From positions 4,620,662 through 4,684,661 of the forward strand of contig OZ037770.1 of assembly GCA_964035545.1 (NCBI GenBank): 64,000 nt of DNA. Direction: 5' to 3'. The DNA comes from Bugula neritina. Lineage: Eukaryota; Animalia; Bryozoa. Within the stretch, counting starts at the first letter, position 1, and the number at the start of each line of letters is the position of its first letter. The notes under the pieces were generated by a model. The model was not told the DNA's origin. It searched no databases and saw nothing but the letters and a program-made list of their open reading frames with translations. Below are positions 39,901 to 50,200 of the stretch, piece after piece. Made by a program: the position numbers and the translations under genes.

Positions 39901-42662
39901 CCTTCCTTTGACTTTGTGGCTAAATCACTTCAGCCGGCCATTAAACCAAATGTTCCTAAAATATCATTTGCTAAACTTCTCATAAGTGCCAAAAGTGCCA
40001 AAGATTTGCATACAGTTCTAGAGAAAAAAATTGGTCCTATTCCTCTTGCTCTATTTACTGAAAACGGACAGATGAGAAAAACATGCAAATCGCAACTAAT
40101 GCATATTTTGGAACAGAAATATCTTGGAAACAGGGTCTCCAATGATGATACTCAACTGTCCACCGACAAATCGATCATTATTGATGGTATGTGCATACTT
40201 CACTCGACAAAAACATCAGGCACTTTTTATAGCTATGCTCTGAAGATGTTGGAAATATTTCTTGAATGTGGCAAAGGATATACAAGGGTTGATGTAGTGT
40301 TTAACTTGTATTCTGAAACATCAATTAAAGCACAAGAGCGTATTAGACGGGGTGCCCAATAGCTGTGCTCTATTTCCATTATTCATAACAACCTGCCTGT
40401 TCCTAAAAACTGGAGTGCTTTTCTGAGCAATATTCACAACAAAAATGAGTTGGTAGATTACATAGTGAAGGTGCATGGAGTAGACATATTGAGAAAATTC
40501 CAGCTGGTACATTTTTAGTGTGTAGCGCCAAAGAAGTCTGTGTTCTGCAAAACTATTATCGTTAAAATTGTAACAAATTGAAATCCAATCATGATGAAGC
40601 AGACTTGAGATTAATCCTTCATGCAGCTGATGCACTGAGTGATTACGATTTGATAGTAATAAGATCAGTAGATACCGATGTTGCTATTATTACGCTTAAC
40701 ATCATCTTAGTAATGTTTTAACTGAGCAGGCTAATAAAGATGTAGTAATCTTCGTTGGAATGGGGAGTCACAGAAGATATATGTCTCTTTTTGAATCAGC
40801 CAAGAAAATCTACAAAAAGTTCTCAAGAATCTATTATCACTCCATGCACTTACAGGTTGTGACTCAGTAAGTTCTATCTTCCGAATATCTAAAAAGCGTG
40901 CTTTGGAGGTACTTGAAAAGGAAAGCTATAATCTGTCTTTAGGTTCTAATGATTGGTCCCCAGTATCAGAAGAAACATACTTAGAGTGTGAATGATTTGT
41001 CTCCAACCTATATGCTGCCTATGATGATATCACTGAAGCAAGAGATAAAATATTGGATTTAAAAAATGTCTCCAGTGAAGCACAGCTACCACCTAGTAGG
41101 AATTCCCTAGAATATCACGAGAAACGAGCCAATTATCAAGTTACACTTTGGCAACTTTCTTTTACACCTATTTTACTTCATCAGCCAATTTTCGACCATG
41201 GTTGGGATACTAACTTGACTCCAATAAAATATGATTTTGAGAGCAACGCAAATGTGATTTTAACAGCATGTAAATGCAAAAAAGCAGGCTGTAAGAGTAA
41301 AGCATGCAAATGCAAGCGCCTGATGATGAAATGCTGTGGTTTATGTGAATGTTTCGATTGCAACAACGAAAGTGGCCAGTCTTCTTTTTCAAACAAAGAG
41401 CCTGATTATGATGATGATGGCAACAAACACAGTTCTGATGAAGAATTATAATATATTTAATTTGGTATATAAACGCTAGAGATAACAAAACTTTGTAATA
41501 AAGCTTGATCTATTGTAAATTAAAATTTTAAATACTATCTTATTTATAAATAAATACAATTACAAATGTCTACCAATATCTGATATAAAAGAGCATAATA
41601 GTTGCTTGTGATGCTGAAATCATAATATTACTTTTTTATGAACCATATTTTATGTTACTATACTTATGGATAAAAAAATCGAATATTAGTGGTCTGTTAA
41701 TTATTGCTGACACTCAATTTATACAGTAAATATTGAATATTAATACTCAATAGTATTGATCGTAATCAATGATTCAAAATAAGTCAATAAGCTAATATAA
41801 ATACGCTAAGAATACATTTTTATCATGCTGATGTTGTTCCTAGCAACAAAGAGCAATATTATTGGGTAGAAATGCAATAATTTTTAACGGAGGAGATAAC
41901 TCCCGTTTTATGGTTTTTATTTGTCATGGTTGGGAAAGATGTTATAGAGTTCAGAACGTAATGAAAATCGGAGAGCATTATTAGAACACAATAGAGTATT
42001 TTCATACCAAAAATCAACATTCTAAATGCTAGAATAGAAAAGTAGCAGTTTAGAGAATATCCGGTATATGCAAAAAAGTAGTTTGTCATATTATAGGCTC
42101 TGCCCACTTTTTTATTTTTGGTCAAAACTTTTGTTAGAGAAAGTTTCATATGTGTACAACATTCCTTGAAAATATTTTTAATGTCAAACTTAAACTACTC
42201 AGGAAATTAAATATTTAGAGTTCCATAGTCCCCCCTTGAAAAATGCTGAACCCTTGTATATCCACCCCTCTCACAAGAGAACCCCCCCAGATACAAAAAA
42301 GGTACTTGCAGATCTGAGATCAGTAGAATGTTGGCTTTGCAGTGATATATAGCAACAAAGGTTTGTATTGATGTGCTCCACCCGCCCATTTTTGCATGTT
42401 GGCACCCCCACTACTAGTTTAGCAGCTGAGAGTTGTACCTTATCACAGCTATAAGTAGTTAGTTAGAACACAGTCTTACTAGTCATTACTTACTCTACAG
42501 GTGGACACTAAACTAGTGAAGAAACTGTATACAGATGAAGATTCAGAAAGAAGCAGAAATTTGGTTGTAATCTGGAATACTCTTCCATTCAGTAAAAGAC
42601 TTTACCTTTTTCCTGGCTTTGATGGGTTTAATAGAGAGGACAACTCCTCACTCAGCACATAA
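6916..42662 (+). CDS. Multi-exon LRR-Roc-COR (ROCO)-caspase fusion protein, about 1956 aa if all exons are included
   Basis: Manual GT-AG splice with consistent phases and no stops: 6916-6928, 7362-7593, 18 LRR exons (8479..29478), 32075-34077, 34351-34443, 34645-34793, 35014-35184, 35961-36183, 36374-36610, 36836-36939, 42501-42662. Sum is 5871 nt, divisible by 3. gccATGg start context. Confidence 0.8.
7362..7593 (+). CDS. N-terminal exon ([14 protein letters not shown]...DGASLD), domain not recognised, possible LRR N-cap
   Basis: acag acceptor; AA|gtgagt donor in phase 2, matching the LRR exons. Confidence 0.75.
8479..8616 (+). CDS. LRR cassette exon 1: [45 protein letters not shown]
   Basis: 138 nt, AG/GT flanks, phase 2-2, two 23-aa LRRs. 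Confidence 0.9.
9070..9207 (+). CDS. LRR cassette exon 2 (DIRDN / DLESC)
   Basis: 138 nt, AG/GT, open frame. Confidence 0.9.
9592..9729 (+). CDS. LRR cassette exon 3 (NIGLN / HMMGC)
   Basis: 138 nt, AG/GT, open frame. Confidence 0.9.
9977..10223 (-). repeat. 3' LTR
   Basis: TGTTG...TTACA; matches 17137-17418 apart from short deletions; adjacent polypurine tract on the - strand at 10224-10240. Confidence 0.92.
10566..12372 (-). pseudogene. Extra ORF region between pol and the 3' LTR: Pro/Thr-rich segment, C2H2-type zinc fingers, C-terminal coiled coil (broken into 11854-12372, 10795-11685, 10566-10973)
   Basis: [21 protein letters not shown] and [23 protein letters not shown] motifs; heptad [18 protein letters not shown]; same strand as pol. 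Confidence 0.6.
12428..16230 (-). pseudogene. pol: Gypsy pol (protease, RT, RNase H, integrase), frameshifted
   Basis: LLDSGC protease; LIYLDD RT; LDTDAS...RKELLA RNase H; CEVC, VDLVGP, HSDQG, VERNNR integrase; KLQPKF GPY/F-like tail. Confidence 0.93.
16146..17030 (-). pseudogene. gag: Gypsy gag with an in-frame stop near the 5' end
   Basis: [17 protein letters not shown]...QWP...LREVLTERA; position between the PBS and the protease. Confidence 0.75.
17118..17135 (-). promoter_or_regulatory. Primer binding site complementary to the tRNA-Leu 3' end
   Basis: TGGTGGCAGCGGTGGGAT, 1 nt from the 5' LTR; complement of the ...ATCCCACCGCTGCCA-CCA end I recall for eukaryotic tRNA-Leu(AAG). Confidence 0.8.
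17137..17418 (-). repeat. 5' LTR
   Basis: Direct repeat of 9977-10223. Confidence 0.92.
17695..18678 (+). pseudogene. LINE ORF1 (PHD-like finger plus RRM-like region), stop at about 18154
   Basis: ORFs 17695-18156 and 18226-18678 are in the same frame; motifs [26 protein letters not shown]. Confidence 0.75.
18737..21469 (+). pseudogene. LINE ORF2 endonuclease-reverse transcriptase, multiple stops and frameshifts
   Basis: Collinear fragments 18737-18850, 19151-19438, 19947-20222, 20429-21469. Confidence 0.9.
21875..22012 (+). CDS. LRR cassette exon 4 (DIGWN / DMWSC)
   Basis: 138 nt, AG/GT, open frame. Confidence 0.9.
22435..22572 (+). CDS. LRR cassette exon 5 (WIGWN / HMMGC)
   Basis: 138 nt, AG/GT, open frame. 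Confidence 0.9.
22691..22828 (+). CDS. LRR cassette exon 6 (YIGLS / DLRRC)
   Basis: 138 nt, AG/GT, open frame. Confidence 0.9.
23262..23399 (+). CDS. LRR cassette exon 7 (NIAKN / DMSSC)
   Basis: 138 nt, AG/GT, open frame. Confidence 0.9.
23828..23965 (+). CDS. LRR cassette exon 8 (copy of exon 5)
   Basis: Offset 1393 from exon 5. Confidence 0.85.
24084..24221 (+). CDS. LRR cassette exon 9 (copy of exon 6)
   Basis: Offset 1393 from exon 6. Confidence 0.85.
24655..24792 (+). CDS. LRR cassette exon 10 (exon 7 with one K>E change)
   Basis: Offset 1393 from exon 7. Confidence 0.85.
25221..25358 (+). CDS. LRR cassette exon 11 (CIGKT / DMESC)
   Basis: 138 nt, AG/GT, open frame. Confidence 0.9.
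25791..25928 (+). CDS. LRR cassette exon 12 (ELGHN / DLRRC)
   Basis: 138 nt, AG/GT, open frame. Confidence 0.9.
26366..26503 (+). CDS. LRR cassette exon 13 (copy of exon 7)
   Basis: 138 nt, AG/GT, open frame. Confidence 0.85.
26932..27069 (+). CDS. LRR cassette exon 14 (CIGKT / NMESC)
   Basis: 138 nt, AG/GT, open frame. Confidence 0.9.
27520..27657 (+). CDS. LRR cassette exon 15 (copy of exon 14)
   Basis: Offset 588 from exon 14. Confidence 0.85.
28108..28245 (+). CDS. LRR cassette exon 16 (HIRFN / DMWSC)
   Basis: 138 nt, AG/GT, open frame. Confidence 0.9.
28779..28916 (+). CDS. LRR cassette exon 17 (DIGCN / NMMSC)
   Basis: 138 nt, AG/GT, open frame. Confidence 0.9.
29341..29478 (+). CDS. 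LRR cassette exon 18 (HIRDN / NMGSC)
   Basis: 138 nt, AG/GT, open frame. Confidence 0.9.
29890..32000. repeat. Diverged intronic tandem duplication, unit about 1.04 kb, plus a partial extra copy at about 31500-31700
   Basis: CATACTTGACTCAATCAACTGTATTGTG at about 29892 and 30935; many collinear shared blocks follow. Confidence 0.8.
32075..34077 (+). CDS. Large exon: terminal LRRs + Roc GTPase + COR domain
   Basis: Phase-2 acceptor; [17 protein letters not shown] LRRs; SPPLEVC hinge; P-loop [19 protein letters not shown]; COR-like LPKVWE and [10 protein letters not shown]; C-terminal CAHC/Cys cluster; T|gtatgt donor. Confidence 0.92.
34351..34793 (+). CDS. Two linker exons (34351-34443, 34645-34793), acidic, joining COR to caspase
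   Basis: Canonical splice sites, compatible phases 1-1 and 1-0, open frame. Confidence 0.7.
35014..36939 (+). CDS. Caspase (peptidase C14) domain exons 35014-35184, 35961-36183, 36374-36610, 36836-36939
   Basis: [32 protein letters not shown] (catalytic His), [12 protein letters not shown] (catalytic Cys), [17 protein letters not shown]. Confidence 0.9.
37224..42413 (+). mobile_element. Academ-type (AcademX-like) DNA transposon, rearranged, with 1190-bp inverted arms
   Basis: TAG...CTA termini; 3-bp CTA duplication at 37221-37223 and 42414-42416; 37224-38413 is the reverse complement of 41224-42413; internal transposase + XPG-like nuclease + Cys-rich finger. Confidence 0.85.
38414..41451 (+). 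pseudogene. Academ-type transposase / XPG-like nuclease / Cys8 finger, 5'-truncated, with stops and frameshifts
   Basis: [80 protein letters not shown]...CCGLCEC. Confidence 0.82.
42501..42662 (+). CDS. Last exon: caspase small-subunit C-terminus
   Basis: ctacag acceptor, phase 0; VDTKL...[15 protein letters not shown]...ST*; KxLYLFPG resembles caspase C-termini. Confidence 0.85.
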   Translation: MDTKLVKKLYTDEDSERSRNLVVIWNTLPFSKRLYLFPGFDGFNREDNSSLST

Positions 42663-44499
42663 ATCCAATATGAAACTGCGCAAATTTTAGTTTAGTCATT
42701 GAACAAAGTTCTATGACATTTTACTCTACTTGCAGAGTGAGCTTGCGTGTATGGGGATAAATAATCATAGCTGACAGCTAAATTATCTACATGAATCAAA
42801 GAGTTCTTACTTTTATATTTTACCTTGGGTATAAACCTATGTTGATTACATCTATATCATTAAAATTTCTTGTGATGTCATTTCCTATCACATAATCATA
42901 TTATTATATAATATTTTGTCTTCTCACATTACCGTTACATAATCAGTTGACTTCGGAGTTAGTATTTGTGTTTCTATATAGTATTTTATGCTGTATAGTG
43001 GTTATATTAACACTTGAATAAATATTTTTTGCCTTGTAAAACATTAACCATTCCTGCTTATTATATCAGTTATATGGTTTTTACTTAGCCAAATTGGTTA
43101 TCATTTATATTTTGATCTAACATTAAGCACTGACTACGTTGTTTCGGCACATGTTCTAATGGCTATGGTGTCATTATTATCATAATTATAGTAGCTTGCT
43201 AGTATATATTGAAGTTTGCTCTTTATATTTTATCAATAAATTTTATTCAAATATTTTATAGAAAAAATTTCATTTGCTTTTAAGATTTCAAGTCTGGAAA
43301 ATTTTACTTCAATAATCTGTGATTAAAGTAACGAGTACATTATTTACAAATGATGGTTATAAAATTTGTCATTTTCTTATCTGCATCTGCAAACCAATCA
43401 TTTTTCAACTAAGCTAATGAAATGATGAAGAGGAAGCTACAGCTGTTAACAGCATATTGTCTATACCTCACATTGAGTCAAAATAAAGAAATCGAGGAGG
43501 TAACTCCCAAATAGGAAGATATGTAAAATCAAGATCAATATGTAAATGTAGGAGTTGTACTACTATGTGCCATTAAAAGAAAACTTGCCTTCTCATGATA
43601 AAAAGTCAAGAAAAATAAGAACCCCTGCTCGAACAAGAGTTGTTGGAGTGGTTTTGAGACTGATAGATATAATTGTTGTTTTTGGCGCTATCGCCATCTT
43701 TCGGATTTCTAAGATTATTATATTTTGCAATTAGCCCTTAGCCGTTATAATATTATACTTACTAAAGGAAAGTTCTACATTTTTAATTACTGTTAGTTTT
43801 ATCGTTCTGTCTTTTTGTCTGAATCAACTGCGCAGTTAATTTTTGGTGTTACAATAATATTATATTAATATACTTATAGTGAATATTATTCAATTTGTTC
43901 ATATTCTATTGTATATTATTATTAACTTCTCTCTTTGTTTGTGATTGCATCAATCTGTGTACAAAACGTAATCAATTCTAGTATCTCAATTGTTCGTAGA
44001 AAGTAAGTCGTATATTTGTCTCAAAGTTATTAAAAAGTAGTTCCTGTGTTGATACCCATCTGATCTTAAAATAGTAATAGTTTTAGATAACATAAAAATC
44101 TGACATTTACATTCGCATAACCACAGCTGAGCAGTAGTAGACCATAATATTTTTAGTCTCACTGAACACTTTCCTTTATCATACTCCGACATAATAGTTA
44201 TAGTAGATATTAATATAGAGATTTGAACTATACTACTCAGTTCTACTACCCGATCCAACACCGCGGCTACAAAAAAACATCTTAACCTTGGCTTTGCTTT
44301 GGGCTACTCTACATCAGCACGTCATACATTACATCTAAACAAACATTAAAATAATTGAGTGGGCCTAAGTGACAACTATAACAAAAATTGACTCTTCAAT
44401 GACAGCATCATTTTTCACTTAATGCTATTCAGACACTTTGTGCAGATATGACTCATTAGTTTTAGAAGACATATCATTTAGGAGAAGGTAAACTTCAAT

Positions 44500-46260
44500 C
44501 TCAACCCTCCACTGCCAACCAAAGGAAAGGCTTAATCTGACAGTTCATGCAACGACGCTGGTGCCGAACTGTAACTGCTCCTGTAGACACGCCAGCGACG
44601 TGGAGAGTGGGGACATGCTACACGGGCAACAGCCTGTCCTCCGTATGATCAATGCCCAGGCACACACCTGCACACAACCATCCTTTTCTCACTGAAGAGA
44701 AAACTCCGGATTTGCCTTCTGCGGAAACACAACACGGGGAGCGGTTATAAGCTGAAGCTCAATTTATGTAGAGCAAGGCACCAGGTGTTGCTTCTGACGG
44801 TGGAAGAGGTCTCTAGATCTCGCTGGACAGTTACCACCCGCAATAAGCTGGAAAGCCTCCAACCAGTTGAGTGATCTCCTGCCACAGTCCGCCTTCCTTA
44901 TTGGGTGCAAGGAAAAAAGGGGACAACCGAACAGCAGACTGCAATATTTTACGGGGCAACAAAAAATTGAAAATAAGAGACCAGGTCCTAAATTGAAATG
45001 TTTGAACGTCCATACTATGCTAACTTTTCAATCTATCAATTTACAGAACATCAAAGACACCTGAAAATCATCCATCATAAACGATGAATTCAAGAGAATA
45101 AGCGTCGGCATTACTACCCTTCAAGAAACGCAACTAGCTAATAATGGCACTCTATAGAAAATTACTACACGTGTTGTTGGCGGAAAAGAAGTTCTAATTA
45201 GCCAAGAGTGTATGGAGTTGGCTTTGCAGTGAAGAACAGTTTCTTGAGTATGGTAGAGCCATGTACTAGCAGCTCATAGCGTCAGAGCAATGTATAAGGG
45301 CATCAAGATGGCAATGAGACTAATCCAGAGCAGGATGCCTCCTCTCAAACCTTCCACTGGAAAAGTCATCACCAAAAAAGGAAAGCAGATAGAGAGATGG
45401 GTAGAACACTAGACCCACTTACACTCTCACCAGAAAGTTGTGTCTTCCTCTGCTCTTGATGCAGTTGAATGTATGTCCACTATTGATGATTTTGATGACG
45501 AAACCACTGTAGATGACCCTGGTAACGCCATTGATAGTTTGTCCTAAGGCAAGACACCTGACAGTGATGGAATATCTCCTGATCACATCAATCGCTGCAA
45601 AACTAATCTTTTACATTCCCTGCATGAAGTTCTTTGTCAATGCTGGGAAGAAGGTGCTGTGCCACAAGACATGAGAGATGCAAACATCACCAAACTTTAC
45701 AAGAATGAGAGAGACAAAAAAAAGGTCTCAACGACTAAAGAGGCATCTATTTCACTGCTCAGCACCGTTGGCAAAGTGTTTGCCAAAGTCATCCTGGCCC
45801 ACCTACAGATACTAGCTAAACAGGTCTACCTGAGTCGCAGTGTGGTTTAAAGAGCAAAAGATGCCTTTTCATGTTGCCTTTGTCAAATTGACAAAGGCTT
45901 TTGTCCGGGTCAACAGAAAGGGGTTGCTAAAAATCTTTCCAAAGATCGGCTGCTCTTCAAAACTGCAAAGCATGATAGAATATTTCTACATGCAATAACA
46001 GGAAGGAGACAGCAATGTTTGACAGCGACTTTTCGGAACCCTTCGACATACGAAGTGGCGTCACACAAGGCTGCATTCTTGCACCAACATCCTTTGGTGT
46101 CTTCTTTGCCACGCTCTAAAAGCACGCTTTTGATAATACATCAGAAGGTATTTACCTACAAACTAAATTCAATAATAAACTCTTTAATTTTCCCTGACTC
46201 AGAGCATCCAAAAAGTTTTTCAAATTGTCATCAAAGACATGCTGGTTGCTCATGATGCTG
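44500..46260 (+). mobile_element. Degenerate RTE-clade LINE fragment (internally deleted); boundaries approximate
   Basis: Remnants LQET, GVGFAVKN, ERWVEH, CWEEGAVPQDMRDANITKLYKN, ISLLSTVGKVFAK, SEPFDIRSGVTQGCILAP. Confidence 0.8.
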
Positions 46261-47235
46261 CTTTGATATGAATAATTGCTTGCAATATAAGATATAAGAT
46301 ATAAGTTGGCATATGCAATGTGTTTTGTTGGTGAAACTTCAGGTTTCGGGGTTGTTTTCTCTCATAGCCCTATAATTATACTATATCAACTAACTAGGCA
46401 AAACTCTGTGGACATAAAATCGAATGAACAACTAATTGAGAATCATTCAACATTCTTTGTTTAAAATATTATAATGCTGCTCACTAACACAGACTAACAT
46501 GCATGATTGAATAACTTTTTAACAGACATTGAGTGTTTTTTAAAACAATTAAAATCTTAGGTGGTATAAAGTAGCAAATTGTTAAACCCCTTAAGGTATT
46601 CTGCAGTTATAATCAACTATGACGAAGCCTACAGCTGAACGTAATTCTATTTCCTGTATTGCTCATCTAGAACAGGCACATATGACACGCTAGGTATAGG
46701 ACTGTGTTTGAGGTAGGCAAGTGACCCCATGTCAATTGATACATCTTACACCATCTTTAAACTCAATATAAAATTATCTAGATATAAGAATGTGTGATGA
46801 ACAAACCAATGTGACAAACATTACCAGATATGAATCAAAACCAGATAGTTTATCTCTCCAGGTTTGTTAATTTACATTGTCTTCATGTTTGTAATGATTA
46901 GCTAAAGCATCACTTCCAATACATAACTTTTTTATTTATCAAAAATTATTAAACTTGCTTTGATGTCGATGAAATTATATATATATATTTTTCAATGTAT
47001 AATAATGTTTGTGAGAATTGGTGAAAAAATACATAACGTGCAACTTTCTTGCAAAAACATAAATAGTTTTTGCAGACAAAAAATGGATCCCAGTGCATAT
47101 AAAAAATATGTATATAGATCTCGTATATGCTTTGTATTTTCACAAATGATAAAATTCTACACTATGTGTCCAATACCAAAATATGAACGTGATCAAACAG
47201 TAATAGAGTATTCTAAGAAAAACATTCTTAACTTT

Positions 47236-50200
47236 TCACCCCATAATCCTGTATTTTAATTCAGAGTTGAGGAGTTGTTGTTCTTGTCTAGAGTTGGCTA
47301 TCAGAGAGGAATTTTCATGAGACCGTCTAGACAGATATGGCAAAGACTGGCTGATTTTACCAACAGCCACTGATTTATACACAGGATATCCCTTTTGACT
47401 TAAATACAACAGGATATTGATAATAAATACTTATTGACAAGCTTCTCGTATAATTCGATGGAAGTTGTCTTTTTTTTAAAGAATAGCTTTCCTGAAATAG
47501 GTATATATAGTTGGCTGAGTGTCATAGGTTTAGATAGCTCTTAAGAATTATTAACTACAGATGAAGGTATATTTAAACCGGTCAAGTTCCTTTGGGTTTT
47601 GAATTTTTACTGAGTTTAAAACAGTGCGACATTGAATTTTATTGCATGATTCTCATCTGCATTGAAGAGTTTAAAGTTGATTTGTAACTTCATAAATTTT
47701 CCAGGTTTATATTCGCCAACCCTACAAAAGTCCCAGATAGAAAAAGTAAACTACATTTTTCTCTTTTATGTTGTAAAAGAAACTTATGAGTGAGTGCCCT
47801 TCTTCAACTCACCAGTGGCCTTTGTATAAGATAGAACTGCTGTCTATATGCTAACTAAGCCTGTGCTTTAACCACTAGATCATGCTGCAATAGTTACACT
47901 TACCTAGAGTATATGTTATGTGGTCACACATCCCATAAACCTGAGCAAGTATCACTTTCCTCTCTTCACTTGAAATACCGTAACTTCTCATTCTACATGA
48001 GAATATTAATACTATAGCTATTTTAAGTTTATATAATATATTATGCATGCACATAGATATAATGTATATGGGCATTGCATCCGAGAGGAATGGATTATGT
48101 AAAGTTGTTAGTAATAAAACATTTGATCAGTTTCCACCACAGCATGACCAGCTACAATTAAACTGGTAAAACTATATCTACCTTTCTACAGCCTGTTTGA
48201 TGGAATCTTCGTTATGAGAAGCGAGAACAAATCTGATTTGTCTCCCCTGGTTACTGTTATCACGGATCTTCTGCAGTAGCCAGTTGGCTGTAGAGTTGTA
48301 TGAGTTATGTGTAGCCTGTATTCCATCGTGTACAGGACAAGGATGACCTTGACTTTTAGCTCCATTTTCCTCAGCTACCATGTACGCCCCCCTTACCAAC
48401 TTAGCTGAAAAATCAAACACACAGTTTTTGGAACCTCAGCCTTCTGTTATATAAACAAATTAAATAATTCTACATAATATATGTGTGAATCAGTCAAAAG
48501 GAAGTAAATAAACATTCCTAAGTAATTAAACAAATATAATATTGAACTATACTCATCTGTTGATAAAAATTTAAAATTAGCTGTATTTTGTCAAAGTTTA
48601 TATTATGAACAATCTCATTTTAATATAAGTTAAGTGTTTTGTTTTTTTACAAGAACCCAACATTGTAGAATCATTAGAGTACAATTGGATGCATCAATAA
48701 ATTTTAAAATGCATTTTGAGATATACCAATCAGCTGAAGAAAGGGCATCGGAAGGTCACATGGATCCACAGAATATAGTATAAACTGTAATAGATTATCC
48801 CAAATCAATCTTTAATCTAATATACAATATGTTGGCAATTGTGAAGCAGAATTTCCTATCAATTATATATGGCTTTGCTAGTTCAACATATTGGGAATTT
48901 TGATTATTATTTATATACTTGGGAGTTGCCCTCTTAAATTCTGGTGAAGGCCAGAATATAGACAACTCCGTATGCTAATCAGGTAATCAACTGGAAACCT
49001 GACTGACTCACCCCCATAGTGAAGGTTATTCTTCTCGGCAAAATTGAATTCCCACTGCAATGCCTCAAATGACTTCTACAATGTGCAAGAAACAACCAAC
49101 ATAGTGTGCACACATGCAGACATCTTTGTAGAATAGGTTATACAATTACCAAAAATATATTTACATGGAGAAACAAAAACACATCTTCTGCACCTTGAGA
49201 ACCAATTTGGATCAAGTTTAAATGTTTAATAGAGAAAAAATAATGAAAGAAAGACAACTTTTGTTTGGTCTGTAAATCCACATTCTGAAACTTATAACTA
49301 TCTGTAGATAACAGCAGTCTAACCTTGAGGTAGCATTGTGTTGTGTTCCAAACAACAGCCTTAGTCCTATTACACACTAGACTGAGAGCCATGGCCAAAG
49401 CTGTGAGAGCCGGGTTCGTGTTGGTATACTCAGCGTCTACCATCAACACGGTATTCGTGGCGACTGCTTTCTGTCCCACTTCACCGAGCAGGATCAGCCC
49501 CGACAGCAACTCTGGAACAGTGCCGGAAGCCCCAGGTGTCTCCGCTAGCCACTTTAGGGTGTTTACAGGTGCAGCATAAGTGCTGTATAATGCAGTGGAA
49601 GTAATTATGAATGTCAGAACAAATTTTAGTTGATATTTGAATTACTTAAAAGGAGTCTACACAGACTTATATGACAAAACACACTCAAGTTTAAAGTCCT
49701 TATCCTAGATGGACGAGATATTTTAAAAGCTGGCTAAAAACTCAAATTATTATGTAGCACAAGAGTAACATCACACATGACCTTTACTGGAAATTGACCC
49801 CATGATATTGGTTTTACTAAGTCAGTAATCTAACTTTTAAACCAATGCTGCTTCCTAACATATTTATAGGATAAGCAGAAGGTATATTAATATGCAGATT
49901 TGGTGAAGATCAAATTTTTTGCAGACTGAGGTCTTTGAGCTTCACAATTGGCGCGTTGAATCTGCACTCCAAACCAAGACACATGATTACAATATAGGAG
50001 CTTGAGCTATATCTCATACGATCCATAGACCTAAAGGACTTATCACTTACACAGATTACAGACTATCACTACTTCTCACTGCTACAGGACTATCAGGACT
50101 ATCAAGAGAAAAGATTTAATGTGAACCAGTTACAACTGGCTTCAACCAAAACATTGCTATATATAAATTCCTTTTCAATGAAAGCTGTCACTGAGACATG

